A DNA stretch of 63,476 nt, filler included, from Perkinsus olseni (Eukaryota), in NCBI GenBank assembly GCA_013115125.1. It is 51 parts of 51 records of this genome, joined end to end, with 100 filler letters (N's around TTAATTAATTAA, not from the genome) between each part and the next. Parts side by side here need not be neighbours in the genome. Positions count along the whole stretch, not along the records: positions 35,461 to 36,599 come from JABANN010002081.1; positions 36,700 to 37,834 come from JABANN010002082.1; positions 37,935 to 39,068 come from JABANN010002083.1; positions 39,169 to 40,300 come from JABANN010002084.1; positions 40,401 to 41,532 come from JABANN010002085.1; positions 41,633 to 42,761 come from JABANN010002086.1; positions 42,862 to 43,989 come from JABANN010002087.1; positions 44,090 to 45,217 come from JABANN010002088.1; 43 more parts are not named here. One strand, written 5' to 3'. The notes beneath the pieces were generated by a model. It ran no database searches. It saw only the letters and a program-made list of their open reading frames with translations, and was not told the origin of the DNA. Each line of letters opens with the position of its first letter. Positions within the stretch are counted from its first letter, which is position 1. Position numbers and translations under genes: made by a program. Shown one piece after another: positions 35,633-47,173 of this stretch.

Positions 35633-36529
35633 TTGTTTTTGTGTTCTCAGTGGGAGTCCCCTGCCCTCACGAACTCGCTTGCTACGGGTGACGACCACGC
35701 GGTCGTCGGAGCTCCCCCGCGCGCGGCCGGCAACTTGATGCAGCGTGCCTATGTGTCTGATAGGCAGGCGTGCCTGGCTCTTCCAGAGTTGGAAGAGTCA
35801 TCAAAGGACGAGGAGAGCTCTCGGAACCTTTACTTTATCCCCAAGGTATCCAAGGTGGGCGCCGGCGTTCAGCCTAAGGCCTTCCGGGATGAGGAGTTGC
35901 AAGCTTCTCTGGATCACCTGGCCCCGTCAGATCACAGGAAACAGGCTCTCGCGTCCCGTCATCCCTTGAGCGACGCGCCCGGACTCCCGATCTCAATAGT
36001 GGCGAGTATTCACTGTCAAAGGCGTCTGGCCGAGGCCGGCCCGAAAAATGTTATTACTCAGAGAGAAAAGGTTATGGAATACTGGCAGAACTGCCATACT
36101 CAGATGCGGGACGACTTTGCTCCGGCTGATGGCGAGATAGAGCAATTGACGTCGCGCTTGAACCTGCCTCTTTTTCAACGTATGCTTGAAGCGTCGGCTT
36201 ACCCTGATGTGTCTCTCCCAGCCGATCTGGCGAAAGGGCTGGACTTGGTCGGCTCGTTTAAGGTGGCCGACGGCGTCTTTCGGGAAAACCCAGATACGAC
36301 GAAGCGGGTCGCAGTTATGTCGGCGTCGGAGCTTCTCTCCGATGGAGTCTCCAACGCTCACGCGCTTGCGGAAAGGGTGAGCCGGGAACCCTGTCCATTC
36401 GATGGTGTACTATGGAAGAAGGCTCTGGAGGAGGTTCACGATGGCACGATGGCAGGACCTCACTCGCTCGCGCAGCTGCAGTCTATCTTTGGTGGTTCTT
36501 TTGTGGCCTCTCGCAGGTTTGGGGTAGAT
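35633..36529 (+). mobile_element. DIRS-like element, N-terminal region of the RT ORF, interrupted by an insertion
   Basis: LNLPLF..ML....YPD..L..DL.KG..LVG; LWKKALEEV..G.M.GP; ASRRFGV; homology stops at the CTAG element. Confidence 0.75.
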
Positions 36530-36599
36530 CTAGGCACACTCGCAGCAAAGCCGCTAGACGTGCGATCTCGAGTTAGGCACTCATTGTGTTGCGATGGAG
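36530..36599. mobile_element. Terminus of a repeated element (copy 2)
   Basis: 68/69 identical to 16474-16542; truncates the RT frame. Confidence 0.8.
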
Positions 36600-36710
36600 N
36601 NNNNNNNNNNNNNNNNNNNNNNNNNNNNNNNNNNNNNNNNNNNTTAATTAATTAANNNNNNNNNNNNNNNNNNNNNNNNNNNNNNNNNNNNNNNNNNNNT
36701 AACCCTGAGC

Positions 36711-37565
36711 CTATCTTCTCTTCCACTGCTCAATCCTCTGAATTCCCTTCATGTGCTTGTCTTTCATGAACATTCTAAAGCCTTCGAAGCCCGTCGGATA
36801 GCCACCGGGTGGGGGATGAGACATAATTTGATAGAACAGAGATACACAACGAAGTTTCGGGCTGAGGTGATTCCGGATGGTATCTTTGAGGTGAGCGAAG
36901 GGGTTAAAGTCACGAATCATATCCTCGATGGCTCGACTTGGGCCCTTGGCCACATGGGAGTCGGGTGTTAGGTAGTCGACTTCTGCTCGACCATCGGAGT
37001 GATTTCTGAGACGTCGAAACACGCGCCATACTCTCGGATTAATTGGGAAAGGACTTCGCGAAGAAAACCAACCTGATCTGAAAGCTGGGTTTTGTATAGT
37101 GGTCGATCACTCCAGTAACCTCCGGCGTGAATAGCAGAGTAGCCCCCCAGAAACCTCTACGATATTTGAAAAGACACATCCGCTCAGCGTTATGCTGGGA
37201 AATCTGAAAGTCGAGGTAAACGGTACGGCTGCATCACGAGGCCCTACTTCGAACAGCCGGCCATGAGGGTCCTCGACTACTTTTCTGAAAACTGCCTGAA
37301 AAGAGAACACTGATAAAGGTGAGCTACGTGACTGTCAAACCTCATGTGAATGCTTCTCAAACTCCTTCTCGAGATTTTTCCCATTCTCGTCGAAGTTTTC
37401 GATAACAATCACTTCCGGAATCTGGTCAGAGTCGTGCATCTTACTCCCCGACTCCTGTCCCCCACTCGAGAGGCGAGCCAGCCAGCTTCCCACCCGAGTG
37501 GGAAACCATGATTGTAGAGCCGAGACGAGCCCAACAACGGACGAAAAGCGAACGATGGCCACCAT
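36711..37565 (-). CDS. Secreted hypothetical protein, 3 exons, Perkinsus-type lineage-specific family
   Basis: Signal-like MVAIVRFSSVVGLVSA; three frames joined by short GT-AG introns; C-terminal HPPPGGY motif. Confidence 0.7.
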
Positions 37566-37936
37566 AAGAATTCAAAAAAAGCGAACGTCTTCTGGAAGCG
37601 GTAAACTTGCGCTCAACCAAAAGCTCCCGCCCTAAAAGATAGAGATCGCCCGGATGAGCGAGCTACCTATTCAAATGCATAATTGAAAATTCCAGGCGGT
37701 ATGCAGAAATTGTGGCTCATATGATGACTCGGAGGTTCTCGCATCTTGGAAGGAGGCTAACATGCCCATCCTGTACTACCTGCACCTCGAACTACATCGC
37801 TTATCATGTCGGGCCGTCGGAGGGCCGCCCTCCGNNNNNNNNNNNNNNNNNNNNNNNNNNNNNNNNNNNNNNNNNNNNTTAATTAATTAANNNNNNNNNN
37901 NNNNNNNNNNNNNNNNNNNNNNNNNNNNNNNNNNTC

Positions 37937-39068
37937 ACTCCTCTCGTTCACTACTGCATGGGTGGTTTGAAGATCGACACTACCGGTCACGTTCTCGACA
38001 AGGAAGGTAAGCCCATCCGCGGTCTCTACGCTGCCGGTGAGCTTATGGGAGGTGTCCACGGCAACAACCGTTTGGGCGGTAACTCTCTGCTCGATTGCGT
38101 CGTTTTCGGCCGTCTCACTGGTAAGGACGCTGCCAAGACTTTCATGCCTGCTCACGCTCACATTCCTCTCAAGGATCTCGCTGAAGGCCACACCGAGGCC
38201 CGCCAGCGAGCCATCGTCGTCGGCGGCGGTCTCGCCGGTTTCTCTGCCGCTAACACTATCTTGGAGCAGGGCGGCGAGGTTATTCTTCTTGATAAGTCTG
38301 CTTTCTGCGGCGGTAACTCCTCAAAGGCTACCTCTGGTATCAATGGTTCCTGCACCAAGACACAGAAGAAGCTCGGCGTCAAGGATTCCAACGAGCTTTT
38401 CGAGTCCGACTGCATGAAGGGTGGTTCCAAGAGCCCCGAGCTCATCAAGACTATGGTTGAGAACTCCGGCAACTCTGTTGACTGGCTCGTCGATAACTTC
38501 GGCCTCGACCTTTCCCTTCTTGCTCGTCTTGGTGGTCACTCTGCTGAGCGTACCCATCGTGGTAAGGAGCGCTTCCCCGGTATGACCATTACCTACGCCC
38601 AGATTCAGAAGGCTGAGACCATCTCGAAGGCTCTGCCTGAGCGATGCCAGATCGTCAACAAGGCTCGTGTGACCGACCTTATCATGGACGACGAGGGTGC
38701 CGTAATTGGTGTTCATTATGAGAAGGCCGGCAAGGGATACTCCCTCTTCGGACCTGTCATTCTCGCTACTGGTGGTTTCGGTGCCGATTTCTCCAAGGAC
38801 GGTCTTCTCGCCAAGTACCGCCCCGATCTCCTCAAGCTGTCGACCACCAACGGTGAGCACTGCACTGGTGACGGAATCAAGATGGGTGTGGCCGCTGGTG
38901 CCGACACCGTCGATCTTGAGTGGGTACAGGTCCATCCTACCGGACTTGTTAACCCCAAGGACCCCGACTGCAAGGTCAAGTTCCTCGCTGCTGAGGCTCT
39001 CCGTGGTGTTGGTGGTCTTCTTCTTGATGCTGATGGAAAGCGTTTCTCCAATGAGCTGGGCCGTCGTG
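37937..39068 (+). CDS. Soluble fumarate reductase / flavocytochrome c (Osm1/FRD-like) with tandem FAD domains, internal fragment
   Basis: VHYCMGG...[21 protein letters not shown], then [47 protein letters not shown]. Confidence 0.95.
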
Positions 39069-39639
39069 NNNNNNNNNNNNNNNNNNNNNNNNNNNNNNNN
39101 NNNNNNNNNNNNTTAATTAATTAANNNNNNNNNNNNNNNNNNNNNNNNNNNNNNNNNNNNNNNNNNNNCTAGAGCAGCCTCGGATCACGGATTGGGGATA
39201 CTGCGGGGGTATGCCGATGACGAGAAAGGCAGCCGAGATTTGAGCCCGAAGAGGGGGGTCCCCGAGGGTCTCAAGTCAAAGAAGCACTTCACGGTAGGTC
39301 ACTCACCGTCAATCGTTAGCATGAGTGAGGCTGGTCGTATCAGGGCCGGGGTGCGACTTTCAACCCATTTTCATGGGAGGAAAGGACGGCAACAGAGAAC
39401 ACGAGGGTTGTTGACAACAGGAGAGGCTTTTATCCCTTCGCTACGGAACACGACGACCTGAATACTCTGCGGTAATCCCTAGCCGATGAATCGGTATTGC
39501 CAACTTGTTGTTGAGTCAGGTGCTCAATCAACCGAGCTCCTCTGAGTCGAGTGGGGAGGACATCGGCCGGATCCACCGGTGTGCATCCTGACGCTAACTT
39601 GGCCACTCTTCTTCTGAACTGAAGAGACACTCCAAAGAG

Positions 39640-40050
39640 CAACTGTGCCACTGTGCCGCGTACATTACTGTGGGGACTTGGATCCACAGCGTTGTCTTTC
39701 CGAGGCTGATGCTCTCCATGTCTGTTGTTGCCAGCTGTTTCGTTGCAAATCACAGTCGGCGCCGTCGGTGGGGTTCTTGAGTATTTTACATTGACTCTCA
39801 GTTTGTGGAGGCTTTGGCCTACCGTCTTTCGGCAGCATGTTCTTCCCTAGTACTGGTAAAACCGACGATGCACTTGATGGCGGAAGCGAACTCAGAAGAG
39901 CGAGCAGGAGGCTGAGTAAAGCAATTGCTCGCTCACAGATAATTGCCAACCACCGCCGGGGCTCGAGCTTCCGAGAAGATGAGCACAAGGTGAGAAGGAT
40001 CTGCCCTTCACTTCGCAAAGGTTACTGCAGGTACTTCAACCTTCGGAAGG
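39640..40050 (+). pseudogene. Degenerate gag-like remnant (possibly DIRS-type)
   Basis: Broken frames AYITVGTW...YIDSQFVEALAYR and ICPSLRKGYCRY; several stops and frameshifts. Confidence 0.3.
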
Positions 40051-41074
40051 CAACACGAGAAGCCCAGCCACCGCTAAATGGGGGAGGTCGAGTCGATCGG
40101 GGAGCGGAATCGGCAGTTCAACGCGGATTAACCCCCTAGTTCCGACGATGGCTTCTCAGCAGTCTACCAGATCCGTGGGCGAGAGTGCACTCGAGCAGCA
40201 TCGACGCCAGGAGATTAATAGGAGTATGGGGCGTGTGGATACCAAAGAGACTCCTCGGCAGTACGGTGCTGGAACCACCGATTTTGGGTGAGTTCTTCGT
40301 NNNNNNNNNNNNNNNNNNNNNNNNNNNNNNNNNNNNNNNNNNNNTTAATTAATTAANNNNNNNNNNNNNNNNNNNNNNNNNNNNNNNNNNNNNNNNNNNN
40401 AGGGAACCCCAGATGGCCGAGTGGTCGGTCGGAAGTCCACATCGGCAACAAGGCGGAATGACGAAGCTTCCCCAGCTAAGCAAGTGGAGAGTGGGTTGTG
40501 ATCTATCGAGTGGAGGTGAGCGGCCCTGGATGACCGGGTGCAGTTAAAGGGATATTTGAACTCGGCGGTCCGTGGCTGTCTGATAATAATCAACTTGGTT
40601 ACGGCCAAGTATTGGTCATAACTATCCTTAATCGGCACCTCCCAAAACAGAAAGTTTTAGTGATGTTGATCTTGGTTGTGGATGTTACGAAGCGTGATCT
40701 GCTTTGCGTTGTCGTCAGTAACTTTCTGAGGCCCTACTAGGTCACTCAAGGTTGGGGCACCTACGGCTCTGTCGGAGAGAGTCTGTCCGACAGAGTCTGT
40801 CGAATAGCACATCAGTGGTCCGGCATTACGCCAGAATCACCAATGCAATACCTCATAGCAATATGCTTACAGATGGTTCAAACATCATGGTTGTGATCAC
40901 GATTCGTGATTCACGAATACTCCAACAAAAGGCATCATTCTTCGTCCATGGTACATGTCGATAAACTACAGTCATGCATCATACTGAAGTTCGCTCGAAA
41001 GAGCATGGGGGCATTCAAATAAGAGGAATTGCCCAATGCGTGATGGTCTGCCTGACGACAAGGTTGCCGAATAG

Positions 41075-41530
41075 TCACACAGGCCACCAAAACTTCGGCA
41101 AAGTCGCCATGTCGCTAGCTCGGCCGTCCTTAATTGTTCTTAGCTGCTTGAGAACCCCCGCGTATGGGGAACACGCCCGATCGCGAGATTCGACTACTCG
41201 GTTCATGACAAACCAATCGAACCAACATGAGTACCTTTTAACTTGTCTCTGCATGTCTTTCACAACGTGCTTGTAGTCGGCCAAGAGCATCCGTAGGTAA
41301 TCACGGAGGCCGATCAGATCTGATGTCTCCCATTTGATAGACAACTTCTGCTACGGCACCGAACCACCATATGCAGGTGGTATGTAATCGTTGCTCAGGA
41401 TGACTGGAATGCAGCCCGCGAAGAAGGCCTCGAGAAGACGCGCCGTGTAGCTGCTGATACCCTGGGGACACAAACAAAAGACAGCTTGTGCCATTGTCTC
41501 CATGTACGCGATGGTGGGCAGGCCGACGCT
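41075..41530 (-). pseudogene. Exostosin-family (GT47) glycosyltransferase C-terminus with in-frame TAG at 41351-41353
   Basis: YMETMAQAVFCLCPQGISSYTARLLEAFFAGCIPVILSN is the GT47 signature; frame continues VP*QKLSIKW. Confidence 0.8.
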
Positions 41531-41632
41531 CGNNNNNNNNNNNNNNNNNNNNNNNNNNNNNNNNNNNNNNNNNNNNTTAATTAATTAANNNNNNNNNNNN
41601 NNNNNNNNNNNNNNNNNNNNNNNNNNNNNNNN

Positions 41633-42760
41633 TGTTGCCTTCCGGACAGGGGTTGGTCTCACTGACGTTGCCAGTCTTACCAAGGCAGAAGCGGCCGGCC
41701 GGGCAGGGGTCGCAGCCGGTCTCGTCTTCAGTGCCTCTGAGGACGGCCCACGTCCCTGCCACACAGGGGCTGCAGGATATGCTGCTGTCCGAGGAGCTCT
41801 GGGATTCGCCCACAACGACGGGCGTCTCGTCGTCAAACACCGAACCCGCCTCGTCACCCGAAGACTGTCGGAAGGTCCCTCGGGCACAAAGAAAGGGTGT
41901 TCGAGTACCGAAGTCGGGGCAGCTGTACCCAGGAGGACATGGGTAGCAGATGGGCGAGCTCGGGTTGGGCGCAAACTTCCCGGGGGTGCACATACGCCCT
42001 CTCACTCGGCCAATCTCTCCCACAAATTCACCTTCGGGTGCCGGCGAAGGTTCCGATGCGCCCGAGGAACAGTACATCCCCGTAGGGCACAGGCCCGTCC
42101 CCAGGCTCGAGTTCGCTCGGGCGTTGCAGTAGGTGCCAGCCAGACACTGCTGGGGCGCGCGAAGGGCCAGAGGGTGGTTCGGTGGTAGCGAGATTTGCTG
42201 CACCTCCTCTGCGTTCGCCTGCAACACTCGAATGCCCTCCGGAAAAGTCGTGGACCGCGGCCCCACGACCACACCGAGCTGCACCATCACTTCCTGCTGC
42301 TCATCACTAGTCATCCGGACGAGATCCGCCTTTGGCAAGTTGGTGTACTCGATAGCGTCATCAGGCAAGGCCTTCCTCCGGGCGGTTCCATCCATGCTGC
42401 TGGTCTCGTCGACAGAGGCGAGTCGTCGCCTTCTCGAAGCGGTTTGTCCGGAGTCGGATATCACCGCCATGAGGTCCTCGCACGTCCCCGTGTTGCAGAA
42501 CGAGCCTTTAGGGCAAGGCTCGGGACCCTTGAAGAAGTAGTGCCGAGCGATGTCCAGGAGAATCTTTTGGCGCACGCGAGATAAATGCAGTCGCCAGGAG
42601 AGACGAAGGGAGTCGTCAGTAAAGTTGAGCAGCATCTCCAAGCCATCAAAACCAGCCGCGGCGCTGTCTCTAAGACGATAATGCTCGTTCAACCGTCTGA
42701 CTTTTTCCACTAGCGTCCAGGCTGCCCGGGCTTCGTCAAGGAGGGGGACTCGAAGACCCT
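41633..42760 (-). CDS. GCC2/GCC3 (ephrin-receptor-like) cysteine-rich repeat protein, internal fragment
   Basis: Repeated CPxGxxC modules (CPKGSFC, CLAGTYC, CPTGMYC, CPPGYSC, CPAGRFC). Confidence 0.85.
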
Positions 42761-42861
42761 CNNNNNNNNNNNNNNNNNNNNNNNNNNNNNNNNNNNNNNN
42801 NNNNNTTAATTAATTAANNNNNNNNNNNNNNNNNNNNNNNNNNNNNNNNNNNNNNNNNNNN

Positions 42862-43825
42862 TACCAAAGTCTAGTAGAAGGTTCACCTCTCTTACACGGA
42901 TCGGCCCTGTTTGTGCATTCAGGAACTTGAAGACTATTGAATATTCGTCTATAACGCAGATGGCAGCGTTGTGCTTCCGCAAGGCCTTCAGGTCTCCTCC
43001 GAACTCCGTACGTAGGCAGGCGAACTGGTCACTTACCTCAATTTTGCTGCTCGACCACAGACTCTGACTCCTGTCGTCAAAACCATAGCAACGGTCATGG
43101 ATATCTGTGCCGAGAACAGGGATTAACCTTGACCAGGGACGAAGGCTTGTCAGGTGGATGTTTCTGATGACGCACTTCTCCCCGATTCTATGAGAAAATA
43201 TCAAATCAGCAGCTCGCTTGCCAAGAGCATCTCCGGTAACATGAACCTCCATGTTGACGAGATTTTCAAACCTGTTACTATCGCTCTTGAACATAAGATA
43301 TCTTCCGGGCTCGATTCTCCTAATGTGGCTCCTCGAAGTGTGGGGAAGCCTGACGTCAGAGTAAACTCCTCTTTTCACTATGAACTTCAGGACAACCGAA
43401 TCAACACCGGCCGGGCAAATGAGGAAATTGGAAGCGGTTACTGGTCGATGAATGGGATGGTTATTCATAACCATCCTGAACCATTCGGAAACGGACAAAT
43501 CACCATTTGTAGCATGCCCCAAAGCGTAGCATTCCTCCTGTAGTTGCTCTGCAGCCCCGCTCCAGCTCACGGGTACTCTTCTCAGAGGGATCTCATTGAA
43601 GGTGAATCTCTGGCCACCCTCTTCCTCGAAGGTGATATCAACGACGGTGCCGCCCTTCAGCCCCATTCTCGCTCTCAGCTCGATGCCACCGAAAGAGGTA
43701 TTTGCTGAGCTACTCACATTGGCCGCGTAAGTGCCGAGCTCCAGACGGGGCGGCTCTGATCTCCGCGGAGGCTTGGAGGCCGTAGCAATGATTGAGACGA
43801 TTGAAGTAATGAGCACTTGTTTCAT
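42862..43825 (-). CDS. Secreted hypothetical protein with internal duplication
   Basis: MKQVLITSIVSIIATA signal-like start after a CAG; two similar halves (LELGTY...CYALG...ICP / IEPGRY...CYGF...ICV). Confidence 0.65.
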
Positions 43826-44165
43826 CTGTGTTTGACAAGAATGAACTAAAGATACGCCGATATTGACGAGCTCGGTCGAAGTTCGATCACCAGAGCTGGT
43901 AGTCTCGAGAACAGCCCTCATCAGCGTCGTAACGCGGACGACTTTTGACCGGAACATTGCTTCGAGCGAAGATCGGGCGGAATTCTTCTNNNNNNNNNNN
44001 NNNNNNNNNNNNNNNNNNNNNNNNNNNNNNNNNTTAATTAATTAANNNNNNNNNNNNNNNNNNNNNNNNNNNNNNNNNNNNNNNNNNNNGGCGAACTTCT
44101 TGCAAAAAGGCCGCCACAGACGAGCCGCTCCTCCTCCAGCGACGCGTCGCTCGAAGTCAACCAAG

Positions 44166-45215
44166 TCAACCGCTCGGAAGCAATTGCTTCCGAGTGGAAG
44201 GGATAGTGTCCAAGTCGAGGGGTTTCTTACGGACCCAGCGTCCCGTGGGTGTAATGGTTACCCCAAGGACACTACTGCCGGCCAGCGACGTCGGTGGCTT
44301 GGTAGCCAGATCATCCTCAGCGAGAGCCCTCTGCACTACAGAGAGATCGGTGCGGTGCACGGCAACGTCATCGACGTATTTCTTGACGGGAAAAACCGTG
44401 CGGGTCGATGTCAATCGGCTCGATAGGGCTCGATCCAGGGCCTTACCAGCAATGTGTAGGCCAAACCCGACCCTTGATAATCGGAAGGTGTTGGGCTCAG
44501 GCCAATCGGGGATGATTATACCTTGCCAATACTGTTGGTGAGGAGCAACCCGAAGTTTAAGATACGCGGTGGTTACATCTATGATGAACCAATCATGCGG
44601 GTTGCAGGTACGCCAAGAACGCAGCTCGCCCAGGCAAGTTGTCGGTGGACCCTTTGAGTGCGGACAACTGATCAATAGGTCATTCAACCAGACATAGTTC
44701 AAGACTGGTCGCACTTTGGTATGTTTATCCATGCTGACGTGTGGAAAGCAGGTGAGCACGCCTTTCAACTGGGACGGGTGGGTAGGGAGTAGAAACCCAT
44801 TACGGACCCACATATGGAGTTGGTCATAGAAAATCACTTTCTCTTGTGGAGTGAGCCGTGCGATGATTTCCGGGAATGACAGAGGCTTCAGGATGGGGAA
44901 GGACGGTTCCTTTCCTGACAGCCATTTCCATTCCACTTCCCAGTAGAAGCGGGATGGCCCAGAATCAGACCGGCGTCGCAGGATGAAATCCGGTTCATCT
45001 ATGGTGGTTTCACAACTGAGCGTGCTCAAAGCAAGACCGACGGAAGGATCCGAGGGGCGACCGAGAGGGGAAATGGTCCATGGTGGCTCGGTGCCTGGAT
45101 GCAACGTAACGGTTGCCCCGAGATCGCGGAGCCAGTCCATGCCCAACATGACATTAATGTCGCGTGACTGCAGACGCAACAGGGGGGACACGGGAGAGAT
45201 CAAGATCCGCATACG
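44166..45215 (-). mobile_element. LTR retrotransposon protease end + RT, divergent clade, 3'-truncated
   Basis: MLGMDWL; KVRPVLNY..LN; LRSWR; IDVTTAYLKL; RVGFGL; YVDD; SVLGV. Confidence 0.9.
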
Positions 45216-45372
45216 GANNNNNNNNNNNNNNNNNNNNNNNNNNNNNNNNNNNNNNNNNNNNTTAATTAATTAANNNNNNNNNNNNNNNNNNNNNNNNNNN
45301 NNNNNNNNNNNNNNNNNCGGATGTCGATATGACGTTTACCAATGAGCAGGTAGGTGAGGTCGACAACACGCT

Positions 45373-46445
45373 GTAGTAGTACCGACTGCTACCCCTACTC
45401 CAACTACGGCTCGGGCTTCTAGCAATGCGGCTAGTAAGATCTGCTTTCAGTTTAAGCGTGAGGGTAAATGCCGGTTTGGAAGTAAATGTCGCTTTAAGCA
45501 TGTGAAGCCGGCGATAGAAGAGGGTAATAAGGGTGTCGACGAGGTCGCCTTCACCCAAAATCTCTATCAGATCACCAGTACTAGTGATTTGAAAAATGTT
45601 GGTGGTATGACTGGCCCCATGATGACAGTGAAGGGCGTGAATAGTCAGGGTAGTGTGGTCTCTATTCCGGTGTTATTGGATACTGGAGCGTATTACAATT
45701 ATATTCGAGAGCCATGGGTGACTGCATTTGGCCTTTCGATAGTGCCAAGTGCTGCTTCTCCAGAACAAGTCCGGTTAGCTGATCACTCTATCGTTGACCT
45801 GGTGGGTACAACTTCTCTGGGAGGTTATACCTTTAAGGTTCTGCCGTCTACTTGCCCTTCGGTAGGACCAGGAGAGTATGGTATTCTCGGTATATACTCG
45901 ATGTGTAGAGATAATGTCCGGCTACAGTTCTCATCGGACGGATCTGCACGTAAGGTTTCGGTGAATTCGTCGTCATCCTCATGTTCTCCGCCAACTGGTG
46001 TTGAGGCTTTGGGCGATGGTGCGATGGATACTATTGGTAATATTCTGGGGCCTGTCGTGTCCGATGAGTATATGCGTAACTCTGACGTCATCAAATCCTC
46101 TGAGGATGTATGGTCAGAGGTGGCTTGGAGGCCGATAAAAGTATCGTCTATTATCAAGTCGACGAATTGGAGAGCCTTACGAGACTCTCCTGGCTATCGA
46201 TGGCGGGTCCAAGCATTAGAAGAAGAAGATCCTTTGGATACTGACGGTCAGAAGTATAAGATTGTTATTGATCTTCCTTATGATGATGATGGTGATAATC
46301 AGACGACATCTCCTCCTAAGTTTTATGATTATACCCCAGCTCTCTTTTCTCGGTTATCCAACTCTGAAGCTACTGCCTACGAAGCCGAAGTTTCCACATA
46401 TTTGCGGAACTCCTGGTGGAGTAAAACAGCGGATTCGGACGAGGG
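45373..46445 (+). mobile_element. Gag-Pol fragment: CCCH finger, aspartic protease, start of RT
   Basis: CFQFKREGKCRFGSKCRFKH in frame with VLLDTGA, GILG and AYEAEVSTYLRNSWW. Confidence 0.8.
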
Positions 46446-46545
46446 NNNNNNNNNNNNNNNNNNNNNNNNNNNNNNNNNNNNNNNNNNNNTTAATTAATTA
46501 ANNNNNNNNNNNNNNNNNNNNNNNNNNNNNNNNNNNNNNNNNNNN

Positions 46546-47118
46546 TCCTGTCTGCCGAAGGATGTGGCTACAGGCGTCATTCGGCGATGTCGTCTCCGTC
46601 AAGACACAGGTTGCGAGCAGGACTGGGAAACCTCTGTTATGTTCCACTCTCCGACCTGCAGCACTCATGACACCATTGTCGAGTATATCTTGGCCGAGTG
46701 CAGGCTGTCGGAAGAGGTGGGGAGTCTTCTCAGTCAGAAGCCAGGTGCACGGGATGGTGGGCAAGATTCAGTGCGCATCATTCAACCGAGTGACGGACGG
46801 CAACAGAAAGACAAGAATGGAGGAGAGCGCGGGGAGTCTCTATCGTCATTCGCAGCTCGGTTCTCGGTAGTTTATGGAGTAACCGGTCGTGGCTGTCGAG
46901 ACGAGAACGCCCTCACGTCTTTGCTAGCCCCTGGCAGTCTCATCCCAAGGTTCAACAAGCAGGGAATGAGATATTTCTTTGCCGGCTTCAAGGATAGTAA
47001 TGTGGGTGCTAGCAAGGTGCAGGCTCTTCCTAGGGACCAGTTTCGCACCTGGGAGTTCAGGCCGAGGGGCGAGCCCAGGGCAGGTCCGTCGACACCAGCT
47101 CCGGTGTCGGGAAACTAA
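46546..47118 (+). mobile_element. Gag C-terminal region ending at a slippery site
   Basis: Frame open from contig edge to TCG GGA AAC TAA, directly upstream of and overlapping the protease frame. Confidence 0.65.
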
Positions 47119-47173
47119 CAAGGGTAAATGATGGGGCGAAACGTTTGCAGGATGCCGTTCTCCCCGGATGCCC
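47109..47173 (+). promoter_or_regulatory. Putative -1 programmed ribosomal frameshift signal (G_GGA_AAC + stem-loop)
   Basis: Heptamer 47109-47115 in the correct phase, 6-nt spacer, stem-loop 47122-47173. Confidence 0.75.

Noticed and set aside
38037..39116. Several long overlapping and antisense ORFs over the fumarate reductase
   Set aside because: Shadow frames caused by strong codon bias; no recognisable motifs.
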